The position numbers and the translations under genes are program-made. From the NCBI GenBank assembly GCA_964013405.1, contig CAXGWI010000080.1:1-16074 (forward strand): a stretch of DNA of 16,074 nt, in the 5' to 3' direction. A model generated the notes under the pieces. The model searched no databases. It saw nothing but the letters and a program-made list of their open reading frames with translations, and was not told the origin of the DNA. Positions 6,080 to 14,081 of this stretch are shown in pieces. The stretch is from an uncultured Myxococcales bacterium (GTDB lineage: Bacteria > Myxococcota > UBA4151). How positions within the stretch are numbered: the first letter of the stretch is position 1; each line of letters starts with the position of its first letter.

Positions 6080-8485
6080 TCAGTGGATGATGAGACGGGT
6101 TCTCCGGTCCGTCGGCTGGCCGCTTAGCGTCAATGTCCAGCCCTCGCCTGAGACCTGACCGTTTCCGACGATCTCAGTCTCGCTGGCGCTGCCTGTTCCC
6201 GAGCCCTTCAAGTCGTAGCGGGCACCGCTTGCCTCCGTGAACTCGCCATCGGCGCCAAGGCCCACGTGGAGGATTCGGTCGCCTTCCGTCGCCTCAAGTC
6301 CCTCGAGCCCATCCACACCGGGAAGCAAGGTGTCCACGGGCTCCGCAAGCATGGGCACCAGGCCACCCGCGGCCACAAAGACAGGGATCTCCGTCTGGAC
6401 GGCTTCGAGGACAACACTGTCCGGCCCCTCGACGACTTGATCGTTCCAAAAGGAGCCAAAACGGCCGGCTGGGAAACGCACCGTTCGGCTCGTTGCCCCT
6501 TCGTCCACCACCGGTGCGACCATGAGTCCATCGCCCAAATAGAACTGATCCTTCATCCCCCAGAGCTCCAGGTCGTCGGGGTGCTGTAGGCCCATGGCCC
6601 GCCACAACGGCGTGCCATCTTCTCGGTTTTGATGGGCCAAGCCCCACAGGTAGGGAAAGAGTTGGATGTGAATCTCGGCATAGCGCTTCCAGTGTGCGAT
6701 GGTTTCCGCATCGTCTTCCATGCGATGGTTTTGCGACGCGTGGGTGCCGTGGTGGGTGCGCATCACGGGGGTGAAAGCCCCAAGGCTGGTCCAACGGAAG
6801 AAGAGCTCCTTCGTCGCCGCCGGCGTAATGCTCGACTGGTAACCGGCGATGTCGTGGCCCATGTAGGGAAAGCCTGTGGCCGCCAAACCGAGCCCCAGGG
6901 GGATGACGGTTTTTAAGCCGTCTTGGTGGTCGAAGGTGGTGTTTTGGTCGCCCAGCCAGATCACCCGGGCCGTGGGTTGGCAGTGGAGCCAGCCGCTACG
7001 GTAGAAGGCGATGGCTTCGTCGGCGAGACCGGCCTCACTGATGATGCGCTCGTTGAGTTCTTGCCAAAGGCGCGGGTAGCGGTTGTGAACCTTTGCCGGG
7101 TCTTCACCGTTGGCCAGGACCGCCCCATCCACGGGCATCCACTCCGCATAGTCAGCCATCCAGCCCCGACTCCCTAGGTCGAGGGCTTGGCGTAACTCCT
7201 GGCCCACAAAGGCAACGGCATCGGAATTGGTGAGATCTACCAATCCTGCTTCAGAGAAATTGGCATTGGGGCCTTGGAAGATGATCGGCGCGCCATCCTT
7301 ATCTTTGACCATGAACTCATTGCTATCCATCTCCTCAAAAATCTCCGCGGCCCGAAACACGAAGGTGTTGAAATACACCATCAACTGAATGCCGCGAGCC
7401 CGCAGATCTGCGGTGAGTTGTTCAAAGTCGGGATAGATTTCCCGATCAAGGCGCCAGTCTTCTTCGAGACGATAGGCGTCGCCATGCCAGTTGCCGCCCT
7501 TCCAGTCTTCACTCCAGATGGCTGAACTGGGCAGTTCTTCCTCGTTGAGGAGGGTGGCGAAGTCTCTGACACTCTCACTGCCGAAAATGGCATCATTCCA
7601 CGGTGCGAAGGCCCAGGCCGGTGGGAGTTCCGGCCGCCCAACCCAGCCCGTGAAGTTTTTCATCGCCTCCATGGGTGTCGTGCCATCGAAGAGTTCCACC
7701 ACGAGCTCTTTGTCATGGACCTCCATTTCGATGTGCTCAGGGCTTAACTGGCAGGTGTTCACCCGGGTGTAGGCCTCTGTGTCGATGGCCCAGGCGAGCC
7801 CCCGGGAACTGACAGCCACCGGCTGGGGGATATGGGTGCTGTGCCGCCGACCGGTGAGAAACCAACTGACCGGCGCAACGTCATCATCGATTTTACCGAT
7901 GCCCTGCTCGCTGACCCAGAGGGGGATCTCTTGACCGCGATGGTCGACATCGTGGGTTTGGGCGCCAAAGCCAAGGAAGCGCTCGTCAGCCCCGCAGGCC
8001 ATGCGCAGTCGGCTCCTGTTGCGGATCTCGTCCCCACCTGTGAGTCGAATGCGGGCTCGATGGGCACCAAGGGCTTCGAGTTCGACGGTACCTAAGGCTT
8101 CGCCCCCTTCGGTTTGGAGCGTGACTTTGATTTTTTGTCCCTCGCTGCTCGCCTCCCCAGCTTGAGCCGTGACCCATTCTTCTTCGGGATAATCGATGAC
8201 CAAGAAGCTGCCGAACATCATCTCATGGCTGGCGTCGCTGCGACGAAAGGAGAGATCGTTGATTTGGACAGATGCGAGGACTTTGTCGCCGGCGCCGCGG
8301 GCTTCCAGAGTCTGCAACTCGTGATGATAGCTCAGCGTGATCCCTTCGTGTTCAACGAGTAGTTCCTCTTCGCAGCCGCCACAGGCGGAGGCCAGACCGA
8401 GCAAGATCAAGAGGCCACAACGAGCCAGGGGCCCGTGTCTTTGGCTTTGAGGGGTCACTGTGAGCGATTGGGACTGCGGTTGCAT
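6080..8485 (-). CDS. Glycoside hydrolase family 31 lipoprotein, YihQ/sulfoquinovosidase-like clade, substrate uncertain, 801 aa
   Basis: GH31 motifs ERFLGFG, PLWVSEQGIG, GWMADYAEW (nucleophile Asp), WLGDQN (acid/base Asp), GHDIAGY, RWTSLGAFTPVMRTH and DQFYLGDGLMVAPV. Lipobox-like LASA-C. GGAG ribosome-binding site upstream of ATG 8485. Confidence 0.9.
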   Translation of the reverse strand: MQPQSQSLTVTPQSQRHGPLARCGLLILLGLASACGGCEEELLVEHEGITLSYHHELQTLEARGAGDKVLASVQINDLSFRRSDASHEMMFGSFLVIDYPEEEWVTAQAGEASSEGQKIKVTLQTEGGEALGTVELEALGAHRARIRLTGGDEIRNRSRLRMACGADERFLGFGAQTHDVDHRGQEIPLWVSEQGIGKIDDDVAPVSWFLTGRRHSTHIPQPVAVSSRGLAWAIDTEAYTRVNTCQLSPEHIEMEVHDKELVVELFDGTTPMEAMKNFTGWVGRPELPPAWAFAPWNDAIFGSESVRDFATLLNEEELPSSAIWSEDWKGGNWHGDAYRLEEDWRLDREIYPDFEQLTADLRARGIQLMVYFNTFVFRAAEIFEEMDSNEFMVKDKDGAPIIFQGPNANFSEAGLVDLTNSDAVAFVGQELRQALDLGSRGWMADYAEWMPVDGAVLANGEDPAKVHNRYPRLWQELNERIISEAGLADEAIAFYRSGWLHCQPTARVIWLGDQNTTFDHQDGLKTVIPLGLGLAATGFPYMGHDIAGYQSSITPAATKELFFRWTSLGAFTPVMRTHHGTHASQNHRMEDDAETIAHWKRYAEIHIQLFPYLWGLAHQNREDGTPLWRAMGLQHPDDLELWGMKDQFYLGDGLMVAPVVDEGATSRTVRFPAGRFGSFWNDQVVEGPDSVVLEAVQTEIPVFVAAGGLVPMLAEPVDTLLPGVDGLEGLEATEGDRILHVGLGADGEFTEASGARYDLKGSGTGSASETEIVGNGQVSGEGWTLTLSGQPTDRRTRLIIH

Positions 8486-8513
8486 CCTGTCTCCAACGAT
8501 GGTGTCAGATCAC

Positions 8514-11500
8514 TTAGCTGCGAAGTTGCGTGCTCAAATCGAGGACAGCCTCGACGGTGGCCGGCGCCGCCAACTTGAGGGGGGCATGGCCTTCTGCTGC
8601 GAGACTGGCAAGGGCGTGCCGGAGCGCGCCCCGCACACTAATGCCGAGCATAAATGGGGGCTCCCCCACCGCCCTTGAGCCGTGCACGGTGGTCTTACGG
8701 TAGCTGTTCTCCCGTAAGCGAATTCGGAAGTCTGAAGGGACATCTGTCATGGCGGGAATCTTGTAGGTGGATGGCCCATGGGTCAGCAGGCGCCCGTCGC
8801 CATCCCACAACAATTCTTCCATGCCGAGCCAGCCTACTCCCTGGATGTAGGCCCCTTCGATCTGGCCCCGATCCATGGCCGGATTTAGGCTGTTGCCTAC
8901 ATCGTGGAGAAGATCTGCTCGGGTCAGTTGCCATTGGCCGGTGAGGGTGTTGACGAGCACTTCGCTCACCACGGCACCACAGGCGTAATAATGGAAGGGT
9001 CGGCCCCGCCCTGCTTCCCGGTCATAAGCGATGTCTGGGGTCGCGTAGAATCCGGTGGAAGAGAGGGAGATCTGTTCCAGCCGGCAGCGATTGGCCAGCT
9101 CTCGAAAGGGCATGGAGCGACCGTTGTCGGAGCGCACGGCACCGTCGGCGAAGACCATCCCCTCGGCTGGGCCCTCGAGCAGCCGCTCCGCCACCTCCGC
9201 CATCATCCCCCGAATACGAATGCAGGCCCGGGCCACGGCAAAGCCGTTGAGGTCGGAGCCGGAGCTAGCGGCGGTCGCTGAGGTGTTGGGGACTTTGTCC
9301 GTGCTGGTTTGCATCACCCGGATTTGATCCCGGCGAACCCCTAACTCCCGCACCACCACGTTGATGATTTTGGCGTGGAGGCCTTGTCCCATCTCCACGC
9401 CACCATGATTCACCTGGACGCTGCCATCGGCGTAGACCAGCACCAAGGCCCCCGCCTGATTGAGGAAACTCGTGGTAAAACTGATACCGAATTTCACCGC
9501 CTGCATGGCGATGCCTCGTTTGTAGATGGGGCTTTCCGCGTTGAAGTCTTCGATGCCTTTGCGACGGACGAGATAATCGGACGACGATTTCAGGTCGCTC
9601 CAGATTTCTGCCAGCGGGTTATCCTCGTCTTCAAAGGTCTGACCGTAGGGCGTGCGGTCCCGACCTGGCTCGCCACCATAGAAGTTGACGGCGCGGACGT
9701 CGGCCGGATCCAAGTTGAGGTGCTCGGCGATGTCATCCAAGGCCGTTTCGATCACCACCATGCCTTGGGGGCCACCGAAGCCACGGAATGCGGTGTTGCT
9801 GGATTTGTTCGTACGAGCCAACCGACCTGAAAAGGCGAGGTTCTCGATAAAGCAACTGTTGTCGAGATGAAACATGGCTCGATCGAGGACGGCGCCGGAG
9901 AGATCTCGTGCGTAGCCCGCATCCATCCACAGATCAGCGGTCAAAGCCGTGATCCGGCCCTGGTCGTCAAAGCCGACCTCGTAGTCCGTGCGGCAGGGAT
10001 GACGTTTGCCAGTAATGACCATGTCGTCATCCCGATTGAGCCAGACTTTGCAGGGCTGCCCCAAGCGAAGGGCCGCCAGGCCGGCGAGACAAGCAAAGCC
10101 TGCACCTTGAGTTTCTTTGCCACCGAAGCCACCGCCAACACGGGGTACTTGCACCACATAATCAGCCCAATGGCCCCCCAGAGTTCGAGCCAGCAGTTGC
10201 TGAACCTCGGTGGGATGTTGGGTGGAGGAATAGACGGTGAGCTTGCCGTCCTCACCAGGCACAGCCAAGGCCGACTGACTCTCGAGGTAGAAGTGTTCCT
10301 GGCCGCCGGTCTCGATCCGCCCGGACAGGCGGTGTGTGGCGGCTGCTAGGGCCGCCTCGGGCTCCCCCTGTCGCATGCGATGGGCTGTTCCCATCTCACC
10401 GTCGTGGGCGATGGCCTCTTCGATGGTCAAGATGGGGGTGAGCGGTTCGTAATCCACTTCGATGAGCGCGGCGGCCCGCTCACAGGCGTCGATATTTTCG
10501 CCCACCACGACGGCGACCACTTGGCCACGGAAGTTGACCTCGCCATCGGCGAGAAGAGGCTCATCCCGTACCACCGGACCGACGTCGTTGATTTCGGGGA
10601 CATCGGTGGCCGTGTAGATGGCCCGGACACCGGGCAGGCTTTGGGCTCTTTTGCTCCGGATGGCGAGGAGCTTTGCTCGGGCATGGGGACTCTGCACGGG
10701 GTGGACGACCAGCGCCGAACGAGCGGCCGGTAGGTCATCCACATAGCGGGCCTCGCCGGTACATTGTTTGAGTCCACTTTCATGGGGCAGCGAGGGGAAC
10801 TCGCCGTCTTGTTGGGCCCGAGGGGGTACGGGCAGCCGAGTCAGGGGCGCATCCCAGGGCGCATAAGGATCTCGATCCGTCACCAAGTCCGACCAGAACT
10901 GCCGCAGCAGATTGCCGCTCAAGCGCCGACGAAAGGTCTCAGAGCCCCGGTGATCAGTCATGGGGCTGAACAGGGCTTCGAGTTGTTGTGCGGCTGCTTC
11001 GACATGGGCGTGAGTCCAGGCTTTACCTTCCAGCCATTGCTCTACAGCGGTCGCCCGAATCGTGGTGGCTGCGACCCCACCGTAGGCGAGGAGGATACGC
11101 TCGACGGTGTGGTCGTCGCGCAGTCGCAAAGACACGCCGAGGGCCACGGCTGAGATATCCAAATCCCGACGGCGACTGATCTTATAGGCTCGGGCGACGG
11201 TGCCGGTGTCAGGCCGGGGCAGAAAGATGGCAGCTAGGACCTCATCGGCGACCAAGGCGTTTTCGCGGTAACCGGTGAAGAAGGCCTCGAGGGGCAGACG
11301 CCGTTCTCCTCCCGAGCCGATGATGATCGCTTCAGCCTCCAGGGCGATGAGGACCGGGGCCATGTCGCCAATGGGGCTCGCTGTGCAGAGGTTACCGCCC
11401 AGCGTCGCCCGATTCCTGATGGGGCGACTGCCAAAGACCCGCAGCATTTGCTCCATGGCGATGACGTCGCCGGCCAAGATCTCTTGAATCGTGGTCAGGG

Positions 11501-12272
11501 ACAGCCCGGCGCCTAAGCGCCAGCCTTCAGCACCGGTTTCGTGTTCGAGCAGTTCGCTGATCTCACCCAGGTTGATCAGGGTGCTGAAGCGAGCGCCTCG
11601 CTTGGTGATCTCCAGGCTCAGGTCGGTGCCGCCGGCGATCAACTGGGCATCTGGGTGACGCTGACGCAGTTGGAAGAGCTCTTCTAGGGTCTGCGGGTTG
11701 TAGGCCTGGTATTGGCCGTCATCGAGTTCGAGACGACTGTCTTTCGGGCGGTCGGGATGGGGCGCTAGGTTGCGACAGTGGTCAGCAATTTCCTGGGCTG
11801 CACGGCGAATAGGGGCATAGCCAGTGCATCGACACAGGTTCCCAGCGACTTGGTCATCCTGTTGCCAGCCTTCGGTCATCTCATCCCGGTGGCTACCGGC
11901 GAAGAGGCTCATGATGAAGCCCGGCGTACAGTAGCCACACTGGCTGCCGTGGCAGGCTGCAAAGCGTTCCTGGACGGGGTGGGCACCCTGCTGTTGCTGG
12001 GCGAGCCCTTCAACGGTGTAGACTTGTCGGCCTTGAATCATCGGCAGGAGCACCAGGCATGAGTTGATCGTTCGCCAAACGGGGTCGCCTTGGGCATCAA
12101 GGGACTCCATGACCACCGAACAGGCTCCACAGTCTCCTTCGTCGCAGCCTTCCTTGGTGCCACAGAGGTCTCGGTGGTCCCGCAGAAAGTTCAACAAAGT
12201 CGTGCAGGGATCGATGTTTTTGATCTCGACGGGGCGATCATTGAGCCAAAATGAGAAGTGATCTTGCGACAC
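8514..12272 (-). CDS. xdhB: Xanthine dehydrogenase, single-chain fusion of XdhA (2x[2Fe-2S] + FAD) and XdhB (molybdopterin), about 1252 aa
   Basis: FeS motifs GTKEGCDEGDCGAC, SQCGYCTPG and GNLCRCTGY. FAD motifs IAGGTDL and ATLGGNLCTASPIGD. Moco-domain motifs GGQEHFYLE, GGGFGGKE, DRAMFH, AFRGFGGPQG, TAASSGSDLNG and AVGEPP. Start placed at GTG 12272, 11 nt downstream of GGAGG (12288-12284), rather than the ORF-track start 12308. Confidence 0.93.
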   Translation of the reverse strand: MSQDHFSFWLNDRPVEIKNIDPCTTLLNFLRDHRDLCGTKEGCDEGDCGACSVVMESLDAQGDPVWRTINSCLVLLPMIQGRQVYTVEGLAQQQQGAHPVQERFAACHGSQCGYCTPGFIMSLFAGSHRDEMTEGWQQDDQVAGNLCRCTGYAPIRRAAQEIADHCRNLAPHPDRPKDSRLELDDGQYQAYNPQTLEELFQLRQRHPDAQLIAGGTDLSLEITKRGARFSTLINLGEISELLEHETGAEGWRLGAGLSLTTIQEILAGDVIAMEQMLRVFGSRPIRNRATLGGNLCTASPIGDMAPVLIALEAEAIIIGSGGERRLPLEAFFTGYRENALVADEVLAAIFLPRPDTGTVARAYKISRRRDLDISAVALGVSLRLRDDHTVERILLAYGGVAATTIRATAVEQWLEGKAWTHAHVEAAAQQLEALFSPMTDHRGSETFRRRLSGNLLRQFWSDLVTDRDPYAPWDAPLTRLPVPPRAQQDGEFPSLPHESGLKQCTGEARYVDDLPAARSALVVHPVQSPHARAKLLAIRSKRAQSLPGVRAIYTATDVPEINDVGPVVRDEPLLADGEVNFRGQVVAVVVGENIDACERAAALIEVDYEPLTPILTIEEAIAHDGEMGTAHRMRQGEPEAALAAATHRLSGRIETGGQEHFYLESQSALAVPGEDGKLTVYSSTQHPTEVQQLLARTLGGHWADYVVQVPRVGGGFGGKETQGAGFACLAGLAALRLGQPCKVWLNRDDDMVITGKRHPCRTDYEVGFDDQGRITALTADLWMDAGYARDLSGAVLDRAMFHLDNSCFIENLAFSGRLARTNKSSNTAFRGFGGPQGMVVIETALDDIAEHLNLDPADVRAVNFYGGEPGRDRTPYGQTFEDEDNPLAEIWSDLKSSSDYLVRRKGIEDFNAESPIYKRGIAMQAVKFGISFTTSFLNQAGALVLVYADGSVQVNHGGVEMGQGLHAKIINVVVRELGVRRDQIRVMQTSTDKVPNTSATAASSGSDLNGFAVARACIRIRGMMAEVAERLLEGPAEGMVFADGAVRSDNGRSMPFRELANRCRLEQISLSSTGFYATPDIAYDREAGRGRPFHYYACGAVVSEVLVNTLTGQWQLTRADLLHDVGNSLNPAMDRGQIEGAYIQGVGWLGMEELLWDGDGRLLTHGPSTYKIPAMTDVPSDFRIRLRENSYRKTTVHGSRAVGEPPFMLGISVRGALRHALASLAAEGHAPLKLAAPATVEAVLDLSTQLRS

Positions 12273-12295
12273 GAAAGAACAGGCCTCCGCAGAGC

Positions 12296-12324
12296 AATCT
12301 GCAGGCACTGACCCATAGGGTCAA
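12296..12324 (-). promoter_or_regulatory. Candidate sigma70-type xdh promoter (TTGACC-N17-CAGATT) overlapped by the palindrome TGACCC-ATA-GGGTCA (12309-12323)
   Basis: The minus strand reads TTGACC (12324-12319), 17 nt, CAGATT (12301-12296), then GGAGG and GTG. A perfect 6-bp inverted repeat overlaps the -35 and spacer in this divergent intergenic region. Confidence 0.45.
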
Positions 12325-12362
12325 CCTTGTGCCCTGAGCGAAAAGGTGAAACAGGCCTCAGG

Positions 12363-12761
12363 ATGCGATTCCTGCCTGCCTTTCTTTGCCTTGCTTGTAC
12401 CTCACCGGCCCCCCCCGCCGTCCCAACCTCCAATGGGCAAGAAGCAGGGGCGCCCTTGGCCCTGATCCAATCCACATTGGTCGATGCCCCTGCGCTCCAA
12501 CCGGGGGAGTTCAGCGTCCGCCGAGGTCAACGCATTGAGCTTCGGCTCAAGCACGAAGGCAAAAAGATGATCCACCGTCTGGAGTTGCTCCCCCCAGTCG
12601 ATCGGGATGACCAACAGCCGCTGATGGTTTTTGGGGTCCTCAAACCCGGGGGTTCGAGCCTGCGCGTCTTCCGGGCGCCAAGTCAGCCCGGTCGCTACCC
12701 GATCCATTGTGCGGCGAAGGAATATACGCCGGGGCCGTGTGGGGTCTTAGGGGTGCAGTAG
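12363..12761 (+). CDS. Cupredoxin-fold (azurin/auracyanin-like) lipoprotein with a non-canonical metal site, 132 aa
   Basis: Start ATG 12363 gives MRFLPAFLCLA-C (lipobox) and a Pro/Ala linker. FSVRRGQRIELRLKHEG-KKMIH, LKPGGSSLRVFRAPSQPGRYPIHC and GVLGVQ match the cupredoxin strand pattern. Confidence 0.7.
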   Translation: MRFLPAFLCLACTSPAPPAVPTSNGQEAGAPLALIQSTLVDAPALQPGEFSVRRGQRIELRLKHEGKKMIHRLELLPPVDRDDQQPLMVFGVLKPGGSSLRVFRAPSQPGRYPIHCAAKEYTPGPCGVLGVQ

Positions 12762-12767
12762 GACCGC

Positions 12768-14081
12768 TCAGCGGCGGCGGCGTAGCCCGAGCAGGCCGAG
12801 CAATACGAAGCTTTCGAGCGCACCGGTGGTCCCGCAACCACAACCGACATGCTCATCCCGATTTGCTTCCGGTTCGGGGGCCCCTGCATCGGTGGCTGGG
12901 GCAGCTCCCCCGTCTGGCTGGGGCGGTGGACCGGCATCTGGCTGGGGCGATGGACCGGCATCTGGGCCAGGTTCGGGGGCTGCCACGGCCGTGAGCCGGA
13001 TGGCGTCGACGGTGATGTGGAGGTCACCGCCGTCTTCGCCCGTATTGTCATAGACGCTGATCCACTGATCACCGCCCCCTTGGAAGTTGAAGGATCCCAA
13101 GGACCGCCAGCCGGCCGATGTGCTTTGGTCGAGTAAGACCTGTGTTTCGGTGCCCTGGTGACGGATTCGGTAGGGGACCCGTCGGCTCCGGTTGTATCCC
13201 TCAACCACGTTCACTTCGACACGAAAGCGTCCTCCGGCGGACAGATCGAGGTTCCAGCGGGCCCAATTGCTTGGCTCCTCGCTGATAAAGGCATTGGTCC
13301 AAATGAGGCTTCCTTCGATGCCCTCACCGACCACTTGGCGCCAGTACTGGACGGGACCCCAGCGTTGGAAGCAGGGGCTAGAGTTATCCACGAGGCCGCC
13401 CTCTGGAGGCAGTTCCTGGCAGCTCACTCCCGGTTGCCCCAGGAGCTCTTGGTAGCTGCGGACGAGGCTGAGATACGGTGGCACATAGACGGCCTGTTGC
13501 AGTTGAGCAACGTACTGATGGATATCGTAATGCAGGTGAATCGTGGTCGATACTGGGTTTCCATCGGCATCGAAATAGGCGTTGGAGACCAATCCGATTC
13601 GGGCACCGCGAGTGACTTCTTGGCCTCGGCGCACGGCAATGCTGGTGGGATCCAGGTGGAGGTAGCGGTGTCGGGTTCCATCCTCAGCCACTAAATAGAC
13701 AGAATAACTACCAATGGAGGTGATGGTGCCGCTTTCTGCCGCCACAGCCCAGTGGACTTTGTCTTGGCAGTCTGCGGGACGAATATCTTGGCCCTGATGA
13801 CCGGTTCCGCCAGGGCATAGTGGCATTTCCCAGCCACGTGGCTCGCAAAAATTATCGCTCCAAGGATACTGATAGTTGGTGGCACTGCATTGCCCACCAC
13901 CGGGACCATGCATGCCGCCGGGTCGGTAGACCTGGGAGTTGGGAAAACTGGGGGCGTTTTCGATGGGGTAACGCATGGAGGGCACGTAGATGTGTTGATC
14001 TACTCGCCCATCGGTTCCGGACTCGAGTTGCCCCGGTGGGTTGTAGGTAAAGGCAAGGATGAGGCTAAAGAGGGGGCTCAT
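12768..14081 (-). CDS. M23-family Zn peptidase with golvesin/CBM-like domain, Pro-rich linker and MYXO-CTERM-like C-terminal anchor, 437 aa
   Basis: HxxxD (GHQGQDI), AVAAESGTI, RYLHL, V-RRGQEVTRGARIG and HxH (IHLHYDI). A beta domain ARWNLDL-SAGGRFRVEV...WRSLGSFNF...VDAIRLT follows. Tail GCGCGTTG-hydrophobic-LRRRR. Confidence 0.88.
   Translation of the reverse strand: MSPLFSLILAFTYNPPGQLESGTDGRVDQHIYVPSMRYPIENAPSFPNSQVYRPGGMHGPGGGQCSATNYQYPWSDNFCEPRGWEMPLCPGGTGHQGQDIRPADCQDKVHWAVAAESGTITSIGSYSVYLVAEDGTRHRYLHLDPTSIAVRRGQEVTRGARIGLVSNAYFDADGNPVSTTIHLHYDIHQYVAQLQQAVYVPPYLSLVRSYQELLGQPGVSCQELPPEGGLVDNSSPCFQRWGPVQYWRQVVGEGIEGSLIWTNAFISEEPSNWARWNLDLSAGGRFRVEVNVVEGYNRSRRVPYRIRHQGTETQVLLDQSTSAGWRSLGSFNFQGGGDQWISVYDNTGEDGGDLHITVDAIRLTAVAAPEPGPDAGPSPQPDAGPPPQPDGGAAPATDAGAPEPEANRDEHVGCGCGTTGALESFVLLGLLGLRRRR
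12913..12965. repeat. 24-bp tandem repeat (2.2 copies) in the M23 linker
   Basis: TCTGGCTGGGGCGGTGGACCGGCA / TCTGGCTGGGGCGATGGACCGGCA / TCTGG, one mismatch. Encodes PDAGPSPQ-PDAGPPPQ-PD on the minus strand. Confidence 0.9.

Noticed and set aside
6045..6080. Bidirectional terminator between the convergent lipoprotein and GH31 genes
   Set aside because: Only short imperfect stems (GATCG/CGATC, GGCC/GGCC) and no U-tracts.
6080..8485. Assigning the symbol yihQ to the GH31
   Set aside because: The sulfonate-binding residues appear altered and no sulfoglycolysis genes are present in the window.
12273..12362. ORF-track starts 12308 (xdh) and 12327 (cupredoxin)
   Set aside because: They would leave only 18 bp for divergent promoters. 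Downstream starts fit better: GTG 12272 has a GGAGG ribosome-binding site, and ATG 12363 gives a clean signal peptide.
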